Shown in pieces: positions 9,801-16,746 of a DNA stretch of 64,000 nt; positions within the stretch are counted from its first letter, which is position 1, and every line of letters starts with the position of its first letter. Source of the DNA: a virus. Where the stretch lies: positions 47,967 to 111,966 of the IMG/VR virus record IMGVR_UViG_3300021963_000051; one strand, 5' to 3'. The position numbers and the translations under genes were made by a program. Under the pieces are notes generated by a model. That model was not told the origin of the DNA, did not search any database, and saw only the letters and a list, made by a program, of their open reading frames with translations.

Positions 9801-10928
9801 GGGTTAGAATATCAAACAGTTACACTGAGTAAGCCATTATTATCGGGTGGCGCTGATCCAGATAATACTGCTTTGAGTATAAATGATAATTATTTTGATT
9901 TGTATTTTTGTGGTAATGCATATTATACAGTATTAAGTAGTGAGGTTGGATCAAATCCGCAATATGCCGGCACAGGAACAACTTTAATACCTGATGGAGA
10001 AAATATTCTATCTGCTATAAGTCTAGGTTTACCTGTTGGTCAAATTAATGAACATATAGCTACACTAAATTACCTTAATACAATCACAAATAGAGTGATA
10101 AGTAACCTTCCAGTTACAAGTTTACAGACAGGAACAAGTACAACAACTCAATATATTAACTTGTTAGTACAAGGTGGGGGGGAAGCTACATCGTTCATAG
10201 ATTTAAGGTTTGATGATTCTATAAACATCATAGGAGCAGCTAATCTTACTGCGGCAGAAGCAGTGGTTAGACCTAGTCTTAGAACTACCTCTGGAGCACC
10301 TGTACAAGGGGCAGGTAGTGCTGTCAGTTTAATAGAACAAAATATAGAATTTTTAGCAGACGAAGTCAGCGCATTTGTACGAAATAATTATTTTTCAACA
10401 AATTTTGTAACATTAAGTCAAGCAGACAAAGATAAAATTTTCTACAAGTGTCAGCGAGATACAAAAATTATTCTACAAAGATTAATATACGACATAGAAA
10501 CTGGAGGCAGGTACAATATGGTAATGGTTGGTCTTAGCTATTGGAGAAGACAGGGTACCTATCATATTGTTAGTTTGGGAGAGGCAGTGACAAGAACTGA
10601 TTTATTCCCAGACGGTGCTACAGTTAATTTCTATCAAAGAAGCTATATGAGTGCCAGTGGTTACGTATTTGAATATGTAGGAGCGGGTATCGATTACGGA
10701 GCACTTCCACAGCGTGGGGTAGCAGATCCCCAACAAGGTAGAGAAGTAGTTCAGCTAAATGCCGGTAAGGTATTCTTTACTTCAACTGATCAAAACGGTG
10801 ACTTTAGAATAGGTCCAGGATTAGTTATTAGTCAAGCAACTGGTGTGCTTAGTGGTAGAACATTTACACGATCATTATTTGCTAATTTAACACCCTTTAT
10901 TTTAGCTATTGAAGCAGGTGGGGGCTAA
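3870..10928 (+). CDS. Giant virion protein (2352 aa): beta-repeat N-terminus, fibre repeats, right-handed beta-helix interrupted by phycobiliprotein-like CxRD globin repeats
   Basis: LYVTMDGNDTNDG...RTISGA beta-helix cap, SPYIQNCT, GYAQLVSVFT; seven C-x-R-D repeats; GGVGIGKD fibre repeats. Confidence 0.75.
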   Translation: MATSVQQYPGNLKVSVYNGFIVIDAKDQISITSQFGYIRTEAGLYITNEATGGYLRNIASQEVLIRSNLSYVEVDANDYIRLTSNSNYIQLNAAQYARISAGDYVELKPQSYLKFDVTTYHQSQIGDYSVSVIGGYQTVDVAQYIEQSAGNYYKISALGGRITLEANSFVEIDAQQQVTITSQGSFINLTAVSVIGTDAQEIELGANDTQDVIPNAKFKKDLFVRDSTTYDIGASGETWRGLHIETIDSYDQGNVQNPYFRVFDPNDVYGAAIGNAGQIAIANAQRASAPVYFRGGVGIAKDLNVGGFIYGRIETANTSLSINVTATNIDQVFYNTFAVSTGNQFLFIDSTGLQGGYTYNPSRGLLTVERGRVVATDQSVSTTTGAFTVTGGVGIGKDVYIGGNILPGTANTSSIGLQDLEWATGFINNLYSEFIGNTNTNIIMQPDITANKGRVDIFGDIRVRGKDPVGTAPVVRNTLYVTMDGNDTNDGRAMDASRACRTISGAVKSPYYQEGTQILVSAGFYLEDNPIRMKPYTSIRGSDIRTTFIEPINKTQDLFHVESGCYLNYMTFLNGRSGLLEGPYEQGFNRGAYCTAFPPLEGDDRIDLFHSPYIQNCTNQSGPWLKDGTMFIPNSTVQIPRAVGTGTWEANTTTIVVKANTGTIAKGMSINAGNQNPGFFDARTLMLANKAFIQEQVVAFVDQTFNSGNFVYDQIKCARDTGLILESIAIDMLQDSTSESIFAGLQYWRQSGYVDAIGSQFTATINSIGYLATLAVTTASNAGGGAQGSIVNQRFQNILTILNTSTATLANGSFSEWITNSIVSNGTATNNVNTVLAYNALLAAKNSLKEGVISYITSNFPTLVYNSSTCRRDVGFIIDSVAFDLLHGGNKQSIKSGVYYFGYTSTISEINTGSSNITNEIPQTTAAYRFLKGIVSNVVQGIPVPTKYQNSILQTIAGYNSGTIHQAEDLSDRIDIITGIIRNGPSDYAETGKRIPISLETNTTTQVSNAYNLLQANKNFIVAETIAYINSTSNYFEYNREKCRRDVGILVENISYDATFGGNEKAVESGLAYFDGVISKISGQEVQTISAIDYLNSLAQKIIRNQTCTNLLGFTATHVQVINTALTGGAVSSDTIDYLFDIVTTIIDNGPTAAPTIYNSPGPDSAFVSAQTLIQSNRAFIQQDTINYVNNVLLPTLYPGYFSYSEIKCRRDTGLIIDSIAIDLLYPTAARSQSTFAGLQYWNQDAYVGAIADQLNPTVDAIKYLKDLARKIVLCITPSDDLVNRYQTAIPQVTNLEPGTDNEVTILNARFDELIEIVNGNKSGWTNRIIPNGKTNSLLNYKNAYNLLIANRAYLGAEVNAYVQATNFGFTYDTAKCARDVGYLTEAVGFDMLHGGNRQTVQNGLYYYGFTSTTNIYNETTQTVAAFNTLSYIISQVVLNTPVNRRQFKKVQTFFTTTATISEVNFINTTVNTITSIILNGPSVAALPAGVAMTASNSASVITAYDLIYANKDFIIEEVISFIDQTYNAGRFNYDEAKCFRDVGLILDAVTQDVILGGNSKSIEAGLAYWSGGYNSVGDQITTTTMAINHARDMAITVAKNQIFTATTGTLLTQNIIPFFQYGDEYGPQEAIRRNFNIITTIIEKGPLYAPPTYAGGGLFSLVGINGADVKIAPKVISVSTITTGTYRIGLDIPTIGFGVNSTLYFGDTQIFPLRDKEVDEQSFEYAGNTSTWALRKIDPVGGMGGSLVDGGVISDRSPIQSFVYDAFTQLTQGGRGVHIIRDGYAQLVSVFTIFASKGVEVESGGIASIVNSNANFGDICLQAKGFGKRKFTGHIYNPSFKSYPESPNLIGGEYLNQYYPSGFWPNNAQVMVFLPDLDDRPHISLVMEVIPPETVRDYTGELVAQVNEQGFPGFLNASPTTSTLSTGSITISGIDTTNIFVGNRVYARDQFGRSTSSNIDVNGDWIPYVDDETFVTGLEYQTVTLSKPLLSGGADPDNTALSINDNYFDLYFCGNAYYTVLSSEVGSNPQYAGTGTTLIPDGENILSAISLGLPVGQINEHIATLNYLNTITNRVISNLPVTSLQTGTSTTTQYINLLVQGGGEATSFIDLRFDDSINIIGAANLTAAEAVVRPSLRTTSGAPVQGAGSAVSLIEQNIEFLADEVSAFVRNNYFSTNFVTLSQADKDKIFYKCQRDTKIILQRLIYDIETGGRYNMVMVGLSYWRRQGTYHIVSLGEAVTRTDLFPDGATVNFYQRSYMSASGYVFEYVGAGIDYGALPQRGVADPQQGREVVQLNAGKVFFTSTDQNGDFRIGPGLVISQATGVLSGRTFTRSLFANLTPFILAIEAGGG
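5910..8815 (+). repeat. Six tandem ~153-173 aa protein repeats (CxRD globin-like) arranged ABC-ABC
   Basis: Cys codons at 6018, 6477, 6996, 7494, 7998, 8484; repeats 1/4, 2/5 and 3/6 are pairwise most similar. Confidence 0.85.
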
Positions 10929-10939
10929 AAGGAAAAATT

Positions 10940-11356
10940 ATGGCATTAATTCCATTAAATAAATTTGTTACGAAAACAGTCATTTTAAATACATCTAGTT
11001 TTTATTATAATTATTCTGGAGTGAGTACAACAACTGTATATACCGCTCCAATTGGTGTAACTAGTATTGTATTGATGGCTCAAGTATCTAATATCAGTAC
11101 AGGTACACAAGCAGTGAATTTTATTCATCACAGAAATAGACCAATTTTAGCAGACGCTCAAGGTAACGGTGCTCAACCTGCCAATGTAGATAGCTTTCTT
11201 GTTAAGAATTTTGAAATTCCTAGCGGTGATGCCGGTACTGTTTTGTCAGGTAAACTCGTAATTGAAAGTTTAGATAGTTTAAGAGCATTTGTCAGTTCTA
11301 ACAACTCCAACACTGTACAACTTGTTCTAAGCGTTTTAGAAACAGCAAATAATTAA
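10940..11356 (+). CDS. Small virion structural/fibre adaptor protein
   Basis: 138 aa, TTVYTAPIGVTSIVLMAQVSN beta-sandwich pattern; directly follows the giant virion gene. Confidence 0.55.
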   Translation: MALIPLNKFVTKTVILNTSSFYYNYSGVSTTTVYTAPIGVTSIVLMAQVSNISTGTQAVNFIHHRNRPILADAQGNGAQPANVDSFLVKNFEIPSGDAGTVLSGKLVIESLDSLRAFVSSNNSNTVQLVLSVLETANN

Positions 11357-11366
11357 AGAGAAATTT

Positions 11367-13055
11367 ATGCCAAAACTTTTAAGTGGATCAGTTCTGAGAA
11401 CAGGAGGTAGCGGAGACTTTATTGATCTAGCTAATTCTCAACCTCAACTGCCGGCTACTGAAACAACTGCTACAGGGTTTACTGTAGCAACTGATGGACT
11501 TCTAAGAACAACGTATAGATCAGCGTTAGGTTTCGTAGAATTTAGAACTGCTACAATTTGGAGTGGGTTGCCTGAGGGTACCATTAGAATAAATGCTACT
11601 GGTACAGCATTCTTATCAACAACCACAAGCACCGGAAATCTTGTAGTCCAAGGGGGTATAGGCGTAGGCGGTAATATGAGAATCGCCCGAGATATTACTG
11701 TAAACGGACTAACAATAGGACAGGGAATAGAAGGAAAAAATAATATTATTTTTAGAGGTACAGCTTCGGCTCAAGCAACTGCCTTTGAAGATGGACAAGA
11801 GTCAATAGCAATAGGCTATGATACATTAACTGGATTAATAACAAGTTATAAAAATATTGCCATAGGAAGATATGCTTTAAGTTCAGGCTCAAATATTTCT
11901 AATACCATAGCTATCGGTGACAGTGCTCTACGCCTTATGGGTACAAATAATTATCCATTTTTAGCTACTGTTACTAATGTTACTAGAGTAAATTCAAGTA
12001 CAATTACTGCTGCTACAAATGCTAGTCCTATAGTAGTAACTGCTGCTAGCCATGGTTTAACTACAGGTAGTCAAATATTAATTTCTAATGCTGTAGGTAT
12101 GACCACAGCTACCGGTAGTGTCAGCGTTTTAAACAATACCAAGTATTGGGTTAATGTATTAGATCCTAATTCTTTAGCCTTATATACAAATAAGTCTTTA
12201 ACAATAGCTTCTAACGGGACTTCAACAACTGTTTTTGGTGTTTTATATACTCTTACCAGTTATGTAGGAAGTGGAACTATAATTAGTCCCACTCTTGTTA
12301 CCTACACAGGCACAACAATTAATACCGGAAGTGGAGTGTACATTGACGGTATAAATGGTACAGTACAATTAAATCAACGTAATTTTTATGTTGATTATAT
12401 AAATTCTAACACAGTAAGTCTTTTTCAAAACAGTATTCTTCTTACACCAATAGATGGTAGCGGTTACACTGCCTATACGTCTAGTGGTACAATTTATCGT
12501 TATATTACCAATGATGATAATATTGCCATAGGTAACGATGCTGCTAAAATTTTAGTTAATGGTAATGACAATTTCTTTTTTGGAAATAATGTTGCTGTAA
12601 ACTTGACCACTGGTTCTAATAATACCATAATAGGTCATAATGTAGCCAATAACTTAACTAATGTAAACGGTACTATCGCACTAGGCGGTGATAATCTTGT
12701 TGATAATAGAGATAATCAAGTTAATATAGGTAGTGTATTTTATTATGATGGTAGAGGAAATACAGATTTAAACACAGACGTCCGTGCTGGACTAGGAACA
12801 GATAGCACTGGAACCAACTCAGGAGCAATGGTAATACTAGGTGGGCTAGGTGTAGCCGGTAAAGTTTTTAGTCAAGGTAGTGGGGTAGCCGGAGAAGATT
12901 ATGAATTATATACCCCAACGATAACTATAACAACAGGTACAGCACCTGCAAATCCTAGACTAGGTGATGTTTGGATCAACACTGGAATATTTGCCTATCT
13001 TCAATATATACAGGATGGTACAAGCACCATTTGGTTACAAATTGTTCAACTATAA
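11367..13055 (+). CDS. Tail fibre-like protein with YadA-head-like NIAIG repeats
   Basis: SIAIG/NIAIG/TIAIG/NTIIG repeats, ITAATNASPIVVTAASHGL domain, GGIGVGG repeat. Confidence 0.7.
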   Translation: MPKLLSGSVLRTGGSGDFIDLANSQPQLPATETTATGFTVATDGLLRTTYRSALGFVEFRTATIWSGLPEGTIRINATGTAFLSTTTSTGNLVVQGGIGVGGNMRIARDITVNGLTIGQGIEGKNNIIFRGTASAQATAFEDGQESIAIGYDTLTGLITSYKNIAIGRYALSSGSNISNTIAIGDSALRLMGTNNYPFLATVTNVTRVNSSTITAATNASPIVVTAASHGLTTGSQILISNAVGMTTATGSVSVLNNTKYWVNVLDPNSLALYTNKSLTIASNGTSTTVFGVLYTLTSYVGSGTIISPTLVTYTGTTINTGSGVYIDGINGTVQLNQRNFYVDYINSNTVSLFQNSILLTPIDGSGYTAYTSSGTIYRYITNDDNIAIGNDAAKILVNGNDNFFFGNNVAVNLTTGSNNTIIGHNVANNLTNVNGTIALGGDNLVDNRDNQVNIGSVFYYDGRGNTDLNTDVRAGLGTDSTGTNSGAMVILGGLGVAGKVFSQGSGVAGEDYELYTPTITITTGTAPANPRLGDVWINTGIFAYLQYIQDGTSTIWLQIVQL

Positions 13056-13066
13056 TGAGATTATAA

Positions 13067-14104
13067 ATGGCACTATTTAATTTTCCCCCTAATCCTACTA
13101 TAGGACAGACATATCAAGTAGGAAATAGAACTTATGTATGGACTGGGTCAGCTTGGGTAATAGGCCCTAGTCCGACAAATTTTACTTCTGGTACTGGTGT
13201 AACATTGATTTTAACATCTACCACAAATGCTGTGGGTTTAAACACAGGTGGTACATTAACAGTTCTAGGTGGAGCTGCTATTTCAGGAGATTTATATCTC
13301 GGAGGTAGTTTAATAGGTATTAGTACAGGAACTGGTGGCGGAGCAGGAACTGTTAATGCAGGTACAGGAACGTTTACAAGAGTTTACATCAATGGAGGAT
13401 TTCAATCCACAGGAACAAATAGCGGCGCATTACAAGTATTAGGAGGTGTGGGCATAAGTGGAAACCTTTGGATAGGCGGAATTTTATACTCTGCTGGTGC
13501 TCCGGTTTTAACAACTGCTAGCTTTAATGAAACTCTATTCGACGGTGTTGATATAGATATTACAGACATCGGGGGTGGAGTTTTGCAATTAAATAATATC
13601 TCAACTCTTCAATCTGTAACAGGCAGAGGTAATGCTACCAATAATGATGTAAGAATAACTGCTTCAACAATATCTACAGGTACAAACTCAGGTGCTTTAG
13701 TTGTCACAGGAGGTGTAGGAGTAGGTGGACGTATCAATTCTGAAAGTCTTAAGATCGCTGATGCGGTTTATGATTCAACTGTCCAACTGGTAAATAGTAC
13801 TGTCTTGACAGTAATAGATGAATTTAGTTTTAACCAATTTAGATCTGCCAAGTATATGGTACAGGTCAGCGAAGGAAATTCTAGTACTCATAGATGTCAA
13901 ATTACAGAATTATTAGCACTGGTCTCAAACACAGGTACAGTTATTTTAACAGAATATGCTACGATTAATACGGATGTAGATTTAGGTAATTTTGATGCAT
14001 TGGTAACAGACACAGGAAGCGACATAGTTGTAAGATTATATTTTTTAGCTACAGATAGTATTCCAAAAACAGTAAAAGTATTGAGGACTGCTATCGCCAA
14101 ATAA
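13067..14104 (+). CDS. Tail fibre-like protein
   Basis: FPPNPTIGQTY...WTGSAW N-terminus, GALxVxGGVGI repeats, C-terminal RSAKY domain. Confidence 0.7.
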   Translation: MALFNFPPNPTIGQTYQVGNRTYVWTGSAWVIGPSPTNFTSGTGVTLILTSTTNAVGLNTGGTLTVLGGAAISGDLYLGGSLIGISTGTGGGAGTVNAGTGTFTRVYINGGFQSTGTNSGALQVLGGVGISGNLWIGGILYSAGAPVLTTASFNETLFDGVDIDITDIGGGVLQLNNISTLQSVTGRGNATNNDVRITASTISTGTNSGALVVTGGVGVGGRINSESLKIADAVYDSTVQLVNSTVLTVIDEFSFNQFRSAKYMVQVSEGNSSTHRCQITELLALVSNTGTVILTEYATINTDVDLGNFDALVTDTGSDIVVRLYFLATDSIPKTVKVLRTAIAK

Positions 14105-14116
14105 AGGAAGTGGAGC

Positions 14117-16681
14117 ATGCCGATATTTTCGCAAAGTAGGGATTTCCTTACTAAAAATGGTATCATAACCGAAGGGACAGGTGAAGTAACTAGTTCAACA
14201 GGTAATACCAACGCAATTCAGTCAGCGGGCGGTATTGCCGCAGCTAAAAATATCATAGTAGGCACCACGGCTACAATTTATGGTCCGTTAATAGTTAACA
14301 ACTCAGCAACGCTAGGAAATACATTTGTAACATCTATCACAGCCACTAGTACTTCTGGATTCGTTGATTTATATGTAAGAGATATTACAGCTAGTGGAAT
14401 TATTTTCGGAACCATTACAGGCAATATTAATACAGCTACTAATCTAGCGAATGGTTTAGCTGGACAACTTGTTTATCAAACCAACCCAGGTCAAACGGCC
14501 TTTGTTACTCGCGGTGCCACAGGCACTATTCTTACCAGTAACTTTGCCGGTGCTCCCAGTTATAATGATTACCTAACATTGGCAAATGTTACAAATGCCA
14601 GTTCCACACTTACAGGAGCTTTACAGGTAAGAGGTGGGGCAGGGATTGGCCTTAATTTATATGTCGGTGGTGACTTATCTGTAAGCGGTGGTGACATAAT
14701 TACAGATGCTACAACATTTAATCTTTTAAATGCCAATGCTACTACGATCAACTTCGGTGGTGCTGCTACCTCTTTAACAATTGGTAATACAACAGGTGAA
14801 ACTACTGTTCGAAATAAATTTACAGTCAGTAATATCACCAATGCTGCTTCTACAGTAACAGCAGCCCTGGTCGTTTCTGGTGGAGTTGGTATAGGTAGAG
14901 ATCTTGTAGTAGGCGGAACCATATATGGAACTATAAGCGGTATTATTACCACTGCCACATTTGCTCAAACTGCTCAAACTGCTACAAATATAGCAGGCGG
15001 TTCTGTAGGCAGCATACCTATCCAAACAGCAGCTGGGTTGACAGCACATATACCTTTAGGTGCTGTGGGATATGTTCTAACTGCCGCAGCCAGTACAGCT
15101 AGTTGGCAAAGTTTAGCAGGACTAAGTGCAGGCAGAGCCACCACATCAACTCATTTAGATCTAGGATCAGCTGGGCAAGTACCATTTCAAACTGGTGTGG
15201 GACTCACAGGCTTCACTGGGCCTGGTTTAGATGGAGAAATATTAGTTAGCAGAGGTGCTGTGGCTTCCGGTCCAGTATTTCAAAACACTCTTACACTAAA
15301 CAGCACTATCGCAGCAAGTTCTACACAGACCGGTGCTTTACAGGTTAGAGGTGGTGTTGGCATAGCTCAAAATCTTTATGTAGGAGCTAATGCTAATATT
15401 GGCGGTACAGTTATTGTTAATAGTACAGCGTCTAGTACAGGCACAGGTAATAGTAATGCCCTGTATGTAGTAGGCGGTGCCTATATTGATAAAACATTAG
15501 TCGTAAAGGAGCAAGCAAGATTTGAAGGGGCTGTAGTTTTTGCCGGTACAGCCACATATGCCTATTCTACTGTTACAGTCTTTACAGATAATTTATTAAG
15601 TGTACACGCACCGTCAGGAACAACACCTCCTGATCATACTTGGACACTAGACGATGGTAAAGACATTGGCCTATTGTTTCATTACTACAAAAGTGCCACA
15701 GATAAAGATGCCTTTTTAGGATTTAAGAACAGTTCCGGATTTTTAGAATGGTATGATAATGGTACAGAAAGTGGTGGTGTATTTACAGGTACTAGTTATG
15801 GTACTTTTAGAACAGGTGGAATACGACTTGTAGGCGGCAATGCCAATACAGAAAATACTACTTCTGGAGATCTACAGGTCCTGGGTGGAGTGGGTATTGG
15901 TGGTAAAATTTATGTAGGTAGTTCAGGAACATTCGCCGGTGATATATTACCCGCTTCTAATGGCACAGTAAACCTAGGTAGTCCAACAAGGCGATTTGGT
16001 ACCTTATATGTTACAAGTTCTACATTAGATGTTGGTGGGTTAGTAATCGCCAGTGACGGAACTTATGTAACAATACCAGCTGTGAAAATTACAAATTCTA
16101 CAGCGTCAGCTTCAACTTTAACAGGTGCATTTGTTGTAGTAGGTGGTGTTGGTATCGGTGGAGCTACAAACATAGGTGGTGTAGTTAAGGTTTTAGATAC
16201 AACTAATGCCACAAGTACAACCACAGGTGCTTTACAAGTTTCTGGCGGGGCTTCGATATCCAACAACCTATATGTGGCTGGTAATAATTATGTATCAGGT
16301 GCTTCTAGTCTAGGGACAACTGCTACAGGTGTAGTGGTTAGAGGATTTGTTAGCAATAATAGTGAATACGCTACATACACAAGTAATCCAATCACAACAA
16401 CTGTACAGACAGTATTAGACACATTTAGTACCAGTTCGTTTAGAACCTGTAAGTATGTAATTCAAATGGTTGACGGCACTAGTACACATATACAAGAACT
16501 TCTAATGTTCCACAATGGTAGTCAAGTATTCAAGACAGAATATGGACTTGTTGTAAATAATTCTGAATTAGGTACTTTTGATGCAGAAGTAACTACAGGC
16601 ACAGTTCGACTGTTATTTACTGCCAATCCAACTCCTAGTAATCTTGTAGTTAAACTAATTAGATTAGCGATTACCGGATAA
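14117..16681 (+). CDS. Long tail fibre-like protein
   Basis: T/G-rich; many TGALQVxGGxGIG repeats; N-terminal DFLTKNG; C-terminal RTCKY domain. Confidence 0.75.
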   Translation: MPIFSQSRDFLTKNGIITEGTGEVTSSTGNTNAIQSAGGIAAAKNIIVGTTATIYGPLIVNNSATLGNTFVTSITATSTSGFVDLYVRDITASGIIFGTITGNINTATNLANGLAGQLVYQTNPGQTAFVTRGATGTILTSNFAGAPSYNDYLTLANVTNASSTLTGALQVRGGAGIGLNLYVGGDLSVSGGDIITDATTFNLLNANATTINFGGAATSLTIGNTTGETTVRNKFTVSNITNAASTVTAALVVSGGVGIGRDLVVGGTIYGTISGIITTATFAQTAQTATNIAGGSVGSIPIQTAAGLTAHIPLGAVGYVLTAAASTASWQSLAGLSAGRATTSTHLDLGSAGQVPFQTGVGLTGFTGPGLDGEILVSRGAVASGPVFQNTLTLNSTIAASSTQTGALQVRGGVGIAQNLYVGANANIGGTVIVNSTASSTGTGNSNALYVVGGAYIDKTLVVKEQARFEGAVVFAGTATYAYSTVTVFTDNLLSVHAPSGTTPPDHTWTLDDGKDIGLLFHYYKSATDKDAFLGFKNSSGFLEWYDNGTESGGVFTGTSYGTFRTGGIRLVGGNANTENTTSGDLQVLGGVGIGGKIYVGSSGTFAGDILPASNGTVNLGSPTRRFGTLYVTSSTLDVGGLVIASDGTYVTIPAVKITNSTASASTLTGAFVVVGGVGIGGATNIGGVVKVLDTTNATSTTTGALQVSGGASISNNLYVAGNNYVSGASSLGTTATGVVVRGFVSNNSEYATYTSNPITTTVQTVLDTFSTSSFRTCKYVIQMVDGTSTHIQELLMFHNGSQVFKTEYGLVVNNSELGTFDAEVTTGTVRLLFTANPTPSNLVVKLIRLAITG

Positions 16682-16746
16682 GTGGGAGAATAGTAAACGG
16701 ATCAATGATCTAGTAATCAAAAACCAATTAGTGGAAAGGGAAACTA

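Noticed and set aside
3870-10928. Calling this a cyanophage with true cpc/apc genes
   Set aside because: Domains are embedded in virion proteins and appear to lack the X/Y helices; no photosynthesis genes in the window, and porin and tmRNA tag look proteobacterial
14102-14119. Stop readthrough joining two in-frame fibre genes
   Set aside because: In-frame spacing occurs one time in three, TAA is an efficient stop, and the second gene has its own GGAG SD
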